Below are positions 29,082 to 37,283 of a stretch of DNA of 64,000 bases, piece after piece. This DNA comes from Nitrospirota bacterium. GTDB taxonomy: Bacteria > Nitrospirota > Nitrospiria > 2-01-FULL-66-17. Made by a program: the position numbers and the translations under genes. The stretch is taken from NCBI GenBank assembly GCA_049325335.1, contig JBMOMC010000002.1:288001-352000 (forward strand), in the 5' to 3' direction. Under the pieces are notes generated by a model. The model searched no databases, was not told the origin of the DNA, and worked only from the letters and a program-made list of their open reading frames with translations. Position 1 is the first letter of the stretch; every line of letters begins with the position of its first letter.

Positions 29082-30656
29082 ATGGGACTGTACTGGGTCA
29101 GTGCCGTCGTAGGTTGTCTTCTCGCACTCTTCGTTACCCCGCTGATCAGGCCGTTGGCGCTCCGAATCGGGGCGCTGGATCGCCCCAATCATCGCACGAT
29201 CCACCGCGCGCCGACGCCGCGCCTGGGCGGGGTGGCGATCTTTACCTCGCTGGTGTTGGCGACGCTCGGCCTGTTCGTGGCGAGCGCGGACGCTCGGGGA
29301 TTCTTGGCGGTTGCCCCGGTCAAGTCCGTCGCGTTCTTCGTGGGGCTTCTCTTGGTGTTCGCCCTCGGTGTCGTCGACGACCTTCGAGGCCTCGACGCCT
29401 GGAAGAAATTTCCGGTCCAGATTCTCGCGGCCACCGTCGTCTACGCCGCCGGGTTCCGCGCCGACGCGATCGGGGTGCCGTGGGGCGGGGTGATCACTCT
29501 CGGGGTGTTGAGTTATCCCGTGACGGTGCTCTGGATCGTCGGGGTTACCAACGCGATTAACCTGATCGACGGATTGGACGGGCTGGCCGCCGGGGTTTCC
29601 GCGATTGCCTCGGCGACGATCTGTCTGGTCGCGCTTTCTGTCGGCAACACGTCGGTGGTCCTGGTCACGGCGGTGATGACCGGTGTGCTCATCGGATTTC
29701 TTCGCTACAACTTTCATCCCGCGAAACTGTTCATGGGCGACTCGGGCAGTCTCGTGCTTGGGTTCTTTTTGGCCACGGTGGCGCTCCAAGGCGCGCAAAA
29801 AGGCTCGACGGCTGTGGCGTTGTTGGTGCCGATCGTGGTGATGGCGGTTCCGATCGCCGATACGTTGACCGCAATCGTTCGGCGGCTCATGAACGGTCTG
29901 GGGCCGTTCACAGCGGATCGGGAACATTTTCACCACCGGTTGATCTGGAAGGGATTGAATCAGCCCCGCGCAGTACTGTGTCTCTATGCGGTGTCCGCGG
30001 TGTGCGGGCTCGCGGCGTATGTGATGGCGGTGGGTACGCCCGGGGTGTCGTGGGCGGTGGTGCTGACCGTGATCGTGGGCGGAGTGCTGTTGATTCGTGA
30101 GCTCGAGTACGCCGAGTTCGCGGGCATTCTGGGGCGCATTGTGCGTGGAGACCGTCGACGCCGTCCGCCGCGCTACAAGAATCTCGTCTTGAAGCAGGCG
30201 AGGACTCGGATTGTGACCGCTAGGAGCTTTGATCGCGCATGGCGATCCATGACCATGGCGGCCAAGGAACTGGAGTTCGACTTGCTCCACCTCAAGCCGT
30301 CCGGTCCATACAGCGAGGTTCCTATGCCGACGCCTTGGCGGAGCCGAACTCGGGCGGATGTTTCGCCCGTTCGGAACCCGGAGTTGTGGACACAGGAGTA
30401 TCCGTTGCCCGCTAACCAAGCCGGATTGTCGCTGATGATCGGCAAGTACCCGTGGAAAACCCGTCGACGCAATGAAGACGAGGAACGTTGGGGGCGCGAG
30501 CTGGCCGAGGCCTTTGGACGGTGGCTGTCCGTCAATCGCGCGAGCGTCACGCCCGTGTTGCCGCGCTACGCGGCGGTCGACACCGAGATCCTTCCGCCAT
30601 TAGTTGTCTCAACCGGCTCCGTGGCGGAGCCCAGCCAGCCAAGCCCGACGTCGTAG
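29082..30656 (+). CDS. wecA: MraY/WecA-family undecaprenyl-phosphate GlcNAc-1-P transferase with long C-terminal extension
   Basis: PTPRLGG, GVVDD, NAINLIDGLDGL, NFHPAKLFMGDSG, ADREHFHHRL. Confidence 0.9.
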   Translation: MGLYWVSAVVGCLLALFVTPLIRPLALRIGALDRPNHRTIHRAPTPRLGGVAIFTSLVLATLGLFVASADARGFLAVAPVKSVAFFVGLLLVFALGVVDDLRGLDAWKKFPVQILAATVVYAAGFRADAIGVPWGGVITLGVLSYPVTVLWIVGVTNAINLIDGLDGLAAGVSAIASATICLVALSVGNTSVVLVTAVMTGVLIGFLRYNFHPAKLFMGDSGSLVLGFFLATVALQGAQKGSTAVALLVPIVVMAVPIADTLTAIVRRLMNGLGPFTADREHFHHRLIWKGLNQPRAVLCLYAVSAVCGLAAYVMAVGTPGVSWAVVLTVIVGGVLLIRELEYAEFAGILGRIVRGDRRRRPPRYKNLVLKQARTRIVTARSFDRAWRSMTMAAKELEFDLLHLKPSGPYSEVPMPTPWRSRTRADVSPVRNPELWTQEYPLPANQAGLSLMIGKYPWKTRRRNEDEERWGRELAEAFGRWLSVNRASVTPVLPRYAAVDTEILPPLVVSTGSVAEPSQPSPTS

Positions 30657-30660
30657 TCGT

Positions 30661-30686
30661 GTGCCCCCCTGTTTGCACGGGGGCAC
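30661..30686 (+). terminator. Hairpin after wecA
   Basis: GTGCCCCC...GGGGGCAC stem directly after the stop; no strong U-tract. Confidence 0.35.
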
Positions 30687-30780
30687 GACCGACTTGATTA
30701 CGGCGCCGCTGGGCCGTTGGTCCTATGGCAACGACGATTCCCTGGGCCTTCCGTCGATTAGGCTGAGTCCTCTGCCTCGA

Positions 30781-30810
30781 TTGACTCGATCAAACGTTGC
30801 GTGGTACAGT
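30781..30810 (+). promoter_or_regulatory. Putative sigma70 promoter for porD
   Basis: TTGACT-18bp-TACAGT with TG extension; GAGGAG SD downstream. Confidence 0.45.
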
Positions 30811-30846
30811 CGGCCGTTCATTGGTATCCACGTTGAGGAGTAATCC

Positions 30847-31494
30847 ATGAGCACGACCCCGTCTTCCACTACGTATCGCGTTCGTCCGGGCCCCGAGGCG
30901 TTTTTGCCCCCTGCCGCCGCCTGCATGGGGGTCGTCTTGCCGGATCCGGGGCAGGCCCATATTGAAGGCGTGGTCGTTGATGAGGCGCAGGCCTATGAAG
31001 AAGCCGCGCGTCGCTTCCTCGGCGCCAAAGTGCCCACGATTTTCCCCGGGCCATTGGTCCTCTGGCACTGGAACGAGACCTCCAAGAAAAAGGCGACCGC
31101 AATCAAGAAGCTGTACGATACCATGAAGGAATGCGCGCCGGCCGGCAGCAAGCCGATGTTGATTCCTATGGCGGATTACCGGCCCAAGTACCCCAAGATC
31201 AACCCCGAAATCGAGATCAACCCGAATCACCCCAACCTCACGATCTGGCACAACCGCATCGACGTGTGTATGTTCGTGGGGGTGCACTGCCATCAGGCCA
31301 ATCTGGCGCTTAAAATTATCCGCGGCGGGACCAATTGCTACACCATCGCGATGTGCGCGCAGGCAGGGCACGAGGACGCCAACCTGTCGTTCCGCGACGC
31401 AAGCCCGGAGAAAATTCTGAAGCTGGCCGAGGCGGTGCGGAGGGTGGCGGGGCAGGGGGGCGCGCGTCCAGCCGGCAACGGCGGCAAGCCGTAA
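30847..31494 (+). CDS. porD: Delta subunit of five-subunit 2-oxoacid:ferredoxin oxidoreductase (probably PorD)
   Basis: PTIFPGPLVLW, DYRPKYPKINPEIEINPNHPNLTIWHN, GVHCHQANL motifs typical of Nitrospira/Aquificae Por/For delta subunits. Confidence 0.78.
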   Translation: MSTTPSSTTYRVRPGPEAFLPPAAACMGVVLPDPGQAHIEGVVVDEAQAYEEAARRFLGAKVPTIFPGPLVLWHWNETSKKKATAIKKLYDTMKECAPAGSKPMLIPMADYRPKYPKINPEIEINPNHPNLTIWHNRIDVCMFVGVHCHQANLALKIIRGGTNCYTIAMCAQAGHEDANLSFRDASPEKILKLAEAVRRVAGQGGARPAGNGGKP

Positions 31495-31601
31495 AGAGCC
31501 TGTTCAGAGAGGTCCGTCCGCGGCGTTGTCGCTGTGTTTGCTTCGCCAAGCGAGCGGAACTGTCTTTTGCCAGCGCGACAAATCCGCGCGAAGCGCTTTC
31601 C
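31495..31601 (+). mobile_element. Truncated copy of the MITE-like element (left end plus internal segment)
   Basis: GAGCCTGTTCA..., GCGGCGTTGTCG, GCTTCGCCAAGCGAGCGGAA and GCGCTTTCC are shared with 41731-41975. Confidence 0.65.
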
Positions 31602-31751
31602 TCTTTGCCCTTTCGCCCCCTCACCCATTCTCCCACTCTGAATTTTCTTCTCCCTCCTCCGTCTGAGCGGTTGGCGCTCGTCCGTTAGGTCGATTGCTCT
31701 TGATGGGGACCGAGTGGTTCAATTCGGGTATTGGATTTGGGATCGTTGACG

Positions 31752-32141
31752 ATGACGAAGAAACCGGGATGGCGGTTGTTGGCGTGCGTGGGCGCATTCG
31801 CGTTGGCGGGGTGCGTGGAATCACCCGTCATGATGGGTCCGCGGTCGGCACATGAGGTGATCGATCTGCACCTTGCATATCCGGAGGCGTTCGACCGGGT
31901 GGTGCGGGCGCTCGAGCGCGAAGGGTACGAGATCGAGGCAGCGGATGAGCGCTTCGGGTTGATCCGTACCGCGCCCACGGTGCGCGAGGGCGCGGGCGGG
32001 GTGTCGTACCAAACCGCGGTGATCGTGCGGATGGGCGGGACGGATCACGAAAGTTGGTTGGCCGTGGATCATGTGGCCGTTCCGACGTTCCCGGATGAGG
32101 AGCGCAAGATCGAAGATGTGCTCAAGGGCATTGCGCCGTGA
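31752..32141 (+). CDS. Hypothetical lipoprotein
   Basis: Signal peptide with lipobox LAGC; stop overlaps the next start (GTGA). Confidence 0.65.
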   Translation: MTKKPGWRLLACVGAFALAGCVESPVMMGPRSAHEVIDLHLAYPEAFDRVVRALEREGYEIEAADERFGLIRTAPTVREGAGGVSYQTAVIVRMGGTDHESWLAVDHVAVPTFPDEERKIEDVLKGIAP

Positions 32142-32881
32142 TCCGTGCGGCCGGAATGGCGGCGGTCCTGTTGCCGCTGGCCCTGGCGGTCCCGCCGGCG
32201 GTCGCGGCGCCGTCCGTGTCCTTCGGCATTGAACTGGGCGTGGTCTCTCGGGACATCGAAGAAGAGGGCGGCCTGCAAGGAGGGACGGTGTCGAGTATCG
32301 TCGACTCGACGCGGTTGACGGCGCGGGTCTCCGTGGCGTTGGCGCCGGGGGTGACGTTGTTCGGCGAGGCGGGGGGAGCTGATCTCGCGATGACCGACGA
32401 GGGGTATCGGTCGGATATGCACCTATCGTATGGCGGAGGGATTCGGCTCGCGTCGGGCGATCCGGCGTACCCTCGCCACCCATCGGTCTTCGCTGATCTC
32501 AGGGTGAACCGGGTGGCCACCGACGATCAACTCATGCTGGATTGGTGCGACGACTCGACGTGCGCGACCTCGACCGCGCGTCTTTCCGAAGAAGATCTGT
32601 CGTGGACCGAATACGCGGTCGGGCTCGGCGTGATGGGCCGCGTGCAGGGGCTACGACCGTTCGGCGGCGTGCAGTTTTCCAAACTCGACGGGGCCGACCG
32701 TGCGCGCGCGATCGACGGGAGCGCCAATGAAGCGCGCCTGGACGTTCGAGAATCGAACAGCGTGGGGTTCTTTTTCGGCGCGGATCTGCCGCTCGATCGG
32801 AGTGAACGCAGGCTGATTACCATTCGGTTTTCCGGAATCGACGACAATGCGTTCCGTGTGGCGTATACCGTGGCGTTCTGA
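32138..32881 (+). CDS. Putative outer-membrane beta-barrel protein
   Basis: Signal peptide, alternating amphipathic strands, C-terminal VAYTVAF beta-signal. Confidence 0.65.
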   Translation: MIRAAGMAAVLLPLALAVPPAVAAPSVSFGIELGVVSRDIEEEGGLQGGTVSSIVDSTRLTARVSVALAPGVTLFGEAGGADLAMTDEGYRSDMHLSYGGGIRLASGDPAYPRHPSVFADLRVNRVATDDQLMLDWCDDSTCATSTARLSEEDLSWTEYAVGLGVMGRVQGLRPFGGVQFSKLDGADRARAIDGSANEARLDVRESNSVGFFFGADLPLDRSERRLITIRFSGIDDNAFRVAYTVAF

Positions 32882-32885
32882 CCGA

Positions 32886-33296
32886 GTGGTGACGGGGAGG
32901 CGCGTTGCTGGTGCGTTTGCCGCGTTCTCCGTGGCCTGTCTCGTGGGCGGTTGCGAATACGGGTACAGTCGCAGCGCCCTGGAGGGCGGCGGTCCCGGCG
33001 TATACGCCGCGCCGAGCGGCTCGATCAGCGTCGGCTATCAGACCGGTTGGGTCTCTCCATGGTTGGTGGGTGTCTCGTATCCGTATCCCTATGCGCCTTA
33101 CTGGTACCCCCATTTTTACTATCCGTATGATCCGTGGTGGCCCTATTTGCCGCGGTATGCGTACTCGTGGCACCCGTACCCCCATGTATATGCGCCGTAC
33201 GTTGTGCCACCCCCGCCGCGCCGAACGTTTCGTTCGAACTCCGTGACTCCGGCTCCGCCGAGTACATCAAAGAAACGCCGATTGAATTTTCCGTAG
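32886..33296 (+). CDS. Tyr/Pro/Trp-rich putative lipoprotein
   Basis: Hydrophobic N-terminus with VGGC lipobox-like site, YPYPYAPYWYPHFYYPYDPWW low-complexity core, basic C-terminus. Confidence 0.55.
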   Translation: MVTGRRVAGAFAAFSVACLVGGCEYGYSRSALEGGGPGVYAAPSGSISVGYQTGWVSPWLVGVSYPYPYAPYWYPHFYYPYDPWWPYLPRYAYSWHPYPHVYAPYVVPPPPRRTFRSNSVTPAPPSTSKKRRLNFP

Positions 33297-33318
33297 GAGC
33301 GCACGGCCGTGCGCCCAC
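33293..33318 (+). repeat. GTAG-type REP-like palindrome
   Basis: GTAGGAGCGCACGGCCGTGCGCCCAC; its GTAG contains the upstream TAG stop. Confidence 0.7.
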
Positions 33319-33393
33319 GATTGGATCCCCTGGGCCGAAGTGCCTAGACCGAGTTAGGCCCATTTTGGTAGGGGTGGTGGGTCTTTTCGGGGC

Positions 33394-33422
33394 TTGCACG
33401 GTCCGCGTGATCTTCATATAAT
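33394..33422 (+). promoter_or_regulatory. Putative sigma70 promoter for aclBA
   Basis: TTGCAC-17bp-TATAAT. Confidence 0.65.
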
Positions 33423-33466
33423 AAGGCTCTTTTTCCGTTGTTCATTCCTAACATTGGAGTCTGGTG

Positions 33467-34669
33467 ATGGCGAAAGTGCTTGAAGGCCCGGGAATGGCAT
33501 TGTTCCACAAGTGGGGCATGGCCGTGCCCAATCACGTCGTCCTGACGTCCACGGATCAGTTCGACCCGCTAGCGCAGGTCAATGCGTGGATGCGTAACAG
33601 TAAGCTCGTGGTGAAGGCGCACGAGGCGATCGGGTCGCGCATGAAGCTCGGCCTGGTCAAAATCGATCTCGACCTGGCGGGCGCGAAGAAGGCCGTGACC
33701 GAGATGCTGGGCAAGAACGTGGGTGCCGGCCTCACCGTGAGCCAGGTGATCGTCTCCGAAATGGTTCCGCACAGCGCCGAGTATTACATTGCCGTGAAAT
33801 CTACCCGCGAGGGCGCGGAGCTCATGATGGCGAGCGTGGGCGGGATCGAGATCGAGTCGCAGTGGGACAAGGTCCAGCACGTAACCATCGAGGTCGGCGA
33901 GTCCGCGTCCGCCTCCGCGATCGAGGCCGCGGCCAAGAAAGCGGGTTTCTCGAAGGACCTGGTGCCCAAGGTCACGGAGTTCGCGCAGAAGCTGTTCCAG
34001 TGTTTCGATCAGGAAGACGCGCAGTATCTGGAGATCAACCCCTTGGTGCTCAATGCCGCGGGCGATTTGGTGGCGCTTGACGCGGTGACCCTGCTGGACG
34101 GGGACGCCAAGTTTCGGCACCCGGATTGGAACTTTACGTTTGCCTCGGAGTTCGGCCGTCCGTACACGGACGACGAGCGCCAGATCATGGAGATCGACAG
34201 CCGCGTCAAGGGCTCGGTGAAGTTCATCGAGATCCCGGGCGGCGATACCGCGTTGCTGCCCGCGGGCGGTGGGGCCAGCGTGTTCTATTCGGACGCGGTA
34301 GTGGCGCGCGGCGGCACCCTGGCCAACTACTCCGAATACTCAGGCGATCCGCCGGACTGGGCGGTGGAAGCGTTGACCGACAAGGTCTGCAGCCTGCCCG
34401 GCATCAAACGGATCATCGTGGGCGGGGCCATCGCCAACTTCACCGACGTGAAAAAGACCTTTACCGGCATCATCGCCGGGTTCCGTCGCGCCAAGGCCGA
34501 CGGCAAACTCAAGAACGTGAAGATCTTCGTGCGGCGCGGCGGTCCCAAAGAAGCCGAGGGTCTGGCCGCGATGCGCGCGTTGGCCGACGAGGGGTTCGAC
34601 ATTCAGGTGTATGACCGGTACACCCCGCTGACGGATATCGTAGATTTCGCGATCCAGGGGAAAGGGTAA
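33467..34669 (+). CDS. aclB: ATP citrate lyase beta subunit
   Basis: ATP-grasp YLEINPL, AGGGASV, ANYSEYSGDP, IVGGAIANFTDV, VRRGGP. Confidence 0.93.
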   Translation: MAKVLEGPGMALFHKWGMAVPNHVVLTSTDQFDPLAQVNAWMRNSKLVVKAHEAIGSRMKLGLVKIDLDLAGAKKAVTEMLGKNVGAGLTVSQVIVSEMVPHSAEYYIAVKSTREGAELMMASVGGIEIESQWDKVQHVTIEVGESASASAIEAAAKKAGFSKDLVPKVTEFAQKLFQCFDQEDAQYLEINPLVLNAAGDLVALDAVTLLDGDAKFRHPDWNFTFASEFGRPYTDDERQIMEIDSRVKGSVKFIEIPGGDTALLPAGGGASVFYSDAVVARGGTLANYSEYSGDPPDWAVEALTDKVCSLPGIKRIIVGGAIANFTDVKKTFTGIIAGFRRAKADGKLKNVKIFVRRGGPKEAEGLAAMRALADEGFDIQVYDRYTPLTDIVDFAIQGKG

Positions 34670-34673
34670 GCCG

Positions 34674-36500
34674 ATGAGTATCGTCGCCAACAGTGAAACG
34701 AGAGTGCTCATCATGGGCGGACCCGCAGGGGTCAGCGCCGCCAAGCGGATGGGGGAGTTCTGCCACCTCATTAAGAAGCCCCTCAACGTGGTGGCGTTCG
34801 CGTTCCCGCCGGACGCGGGCAAAACCGTGGAAGTGCCGTGCGGCGCGCAGATCAATTCGTTGCCCGTGTACCGCACCGTGGCCGAAGCCACCGCGAATCA
34901 CCCCGAGATCAACGCCACATTGATCTACGTGGGCGCGGACCGCGCTACCAAGGCTGCGATGGACGCCTTGGCCGACCCCAAGATCAAACTGGTTTCGATG
35001 ATCACCGAAGGCGTGCCGGAGAAAGACGCGAAAATCCTGACCAAGGAAGCCAAGAAGCGTGGCAAGGTGTTCAACGGCCCGTCGTCGATCGGCATCCTGT
35101 CCGCCGGTGAAGCGCGCCTGGGCGTGATCGGCGGGGAGTTCAACAACCTTGTACTCAGCAAACTCTACCGCCCCGGGTCCTTCGGCGTGATCACCAAGTC
35201 CGGCGGGCTGTCCAACGAGATCATGTGGATCTGCAGCCAGTTCGCGGACGGCGTGACCACCGCGATCGGGATCGGCGGCGACGCCTATCCCGGGACCGAC
35301 TTCGTCTCCTATCTGGAAATGTTCGAGCAGGACCAGAAGACCAAAGCGGTCGTGATCGTCGGGGAGATGGGCGGGAATCTCGAAGAGCAGGCCGCGGCCT
35401 GGTACGGGGCCAAGAAGCGGCGCATCAAACTTATCGGCGTCATTTCCGGCTTTTGTCAGGAACATCTGCCCAAGGGCATGAAGTTCGGGCACGCGGGCGC
35501 GAAAGAGGGACTCAAGGGCGAAGGCAGCGCCCGGTCCAAGACCGACGCATTGCGCAGGGCTGGCGCCATTGTCCCGGACACGTTCGGGGCGCTGGGTCCC
35601 GCGATCGAGAAGGCCTACCGGGAGATGGTGGAGTCAGGCGTGATTGCGCCGGTGGCTGACGCGGACGCGGCGGCATTGCCTAAACTGCCCAAGAGCGTGG
35701 ATCAGGCGATCAAGAGCGGCGACGTGATGATCGAACCCTTGATCAAAACCACGATCTCGGACGACCGCGGCGACGAGCCCTGTTACGACGGCTACCCCGC
35801 GTCGGAATTGATCAAGAATGGCTATCAGATCCCACACGTGATCGGCCTGTTATGGAACAAGAAGCTCATGTCCGCGCAGGAAGCCGAGATCATCAAACGC
35901 ATCATCATGCTCTCGGCGGACCACGGCCCCTGCGTGTCGGGCGCCTTGGTGACCATCATCGCGGCGGGCGCGGGCATCAATATGGCGCAGGCCGTGGCCG
36001 CGGGCATGATGATGATCGGGCCGCGTTTCGGCGGCGCGGTCACGGACGCGGGCAAGTGGTTCAAGTACGCCATCGATCAGAAACTGACCCCGGAGGCGTT
36101 CCTGGAGTACATGAAGGCGAACGTGGGCCCGGTGCCCGGTATCGGCCATCGCGTCAAGAGTGTGAAGAATCCGGACAAGCGCGTGTCCGAATTGGTCTCG
36201 TACGTGAAGAGCCTGAGCATTCCCATGCCGCACTTGGATTTCGCGCTGCAAGTGGAAAAGATCACCACCGCGAAGAAGGACACGTTGATCCTGAACGTGG
36301 ATGGCACGATCGCGGCGGTGCTCGTGGATCTTGGGTATCCGGTGGAAAGTCTGAACGGGTTCTTCATCTTGTCCCGTACCATTGGGTTTATCGGTCACTG
36401 GGTGGATCAGAAGCGGCAGGGCAGCCGGTTGATCCGTCTCTTTGATTATTTGGTCAATTACGCGACTCCAAAACGGCGCGAAGTGCCGCCGCTGGGCTAA
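34674..36500 (+). CDS. aclA: ATP citrate lyase alpha subunit
   Basis: KSGGLSNE, IGIGGDAYPG, FGHAGA phospho-His, ADHGPCVSGA, PGIGHRVKS, LNVDG. Confidence 0.95.
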   Translation: MSIVANSETRVLIMGGPAGVSAAKRMGEFCHLIKKPLNVVAFAFPPDAGKTVEVPCGAQINSLPVYRTVAEATANHPEINATLIYVGADRATKAAMDALADPKIKLVSMITEGVPEKDAKILTKEAKKRGKVFNGPSSIGILSAGEARLGVIGGEFNNLVLSKLYRPGSFGVITKSGGLSNEIMWICSQFADGVTTAIGIGGDAYPGTDFVSYLEMFEQDQKTKAVVIVGEMGGNLEEQAAAWYGAKKRRIKLIGVISGFCQEHLPKGMKFGHAGAKEGLKGEGSARSKTDALRRAGAIVPDTFGALGPAIEKAYREMVESGVIAPVADADAAALPKLPKSVDQAIKSGDVMIEPLIKTTISDDRGDEPCYDGYPASELIKNGYQIPHVIGLLWNKKLMSAQEAEIIKRIIMLSADHGPCVSGALVTIIAAGAGINMAQAVAAGMMMIGPRFGGAVTDAGKWFKYAIDQKLTPEAFLEYMKANVGPVPGIGHRVKSVKNPDKRVSELVSYVKSLSIPMPHLDFALQVEKITTAKKDTLILNVDGTIAAVLVDLGYPVESLNGFFILSRTIGFIGHWVDQKRQGSRLIRLFDYLVNYATPKRREVPPLG

Positions 36501-36519
36501 CGAAGATTTTTCTGGCAAC

Positions 36520-36547
36520 GTAGGGGCGCACGGCCGTACGCCCCTAC
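36520..36547 (+). repeat. GTAG-type REP-like palindrome
   Basis: GTAGGGGCGCACGGCCGTACGCCCCTAC, near-perfect inverted repeat. Confidence 0.75.
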
Positions 36548-36558
36548 AACGGAATAAA

Positions 36559-37272
36559 ATGAGCAGCGAACATACGATACAGTCCCCGCATACCACTGGC
36601 GCGATGCCCAAGTTCGTGACCGTCGAAGTCATGGGCAAAAAGCACCAGGTGCCCGAGGGCATCACCGTGATCCAGGCGCTCTGGTACACGGGCCACGAGA
36701 TGATCCGAGGCATCGGGTGCCTGGGTGGGACGTGCGGCGCGTGTGCCATGGTGTACCGCATGCCGGGCCAGTATGAATTGCTCAACGGTCTGGCCTGTCA
36801 GGCCACGGTGCGCGACGGGATGTGGTTCTCCATGGTTTCGAACTACCCCGCGGCGCAGGCGCACTACCGCATTCCCGAGCTCTCCAACGCCAAGGAACAA
36901 CTCTTCGAGATGTATCCGGAGTCCGCGCGCTGCGTGAACTGCAACGCGTGCAACCGTGTGTGTCCCCAGGGCATCGACGTGCGCAGCAGCATTTGGTACG
37001 CGGTGTTCGGCGACTTTCAAAAGGTCGCGGACCTGACGATGAGTTGCAACATGTGCGGGTTGTGTATCACCCGCTGCGTGGCGGATATGCCGCCCAACCT
37101 GGTGGGGTTGTACGCCCGCCGGACGTACGGGGCGCTGTACGCGCCCGCGGCCGAGGAACTGGGGCGTCGCGTCTCCGACATCGGAGACGGTAAGTTTCGT
37201 GACGAGCTCGACGGGCTGTTAGCCATAGATACCGCCGAACTCAAATCGCGGGCGACCGCCGTCGGCCGCTAA
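36559..37272 (+). CDS. frdB: Fumarate reductase iron-sulfur subunit ([2Fe-2S] plus two 4Fe-4S motifs)
   Basis: CLGGTCGAC...LAC; CVNCNACNRVCP; CNMCGLCITRC; adjacent to the flavoprotein gene. Confidence 0.75.
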   Translation: MSSEHTIQSPHTTGAMPKFVTVEVMGKKHQVPEGITVIQALWYTGHEMIRGIGCLGGTCGACAMVYRMPGQYELLNGLACQATVRDGMWFSMVSNYPAAQAHYRIPELSNAKEQLFEMYPESARCVNCNACNRVCPQGIDVRSSIWYAVFGDFQKVADLTMSCNMCGLCITRCVADMPPNLVGLYARRTYGALYAPAAEELGRRVSDIGDGKFRDELDGLLAIDTAELKSRATAVGR

Positions 37273-37283
37273 GGACTCTGTTC

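Noticed and set aside
29061..30419. 452-aa minus-strand ORF opposite wecA (and similar long antisense ORFs opposite clpC, porA, sucD/bcp and the GT4 genes)
   Set aside because: Expected artefact of high-GC codon bias opposite well-conserved genes
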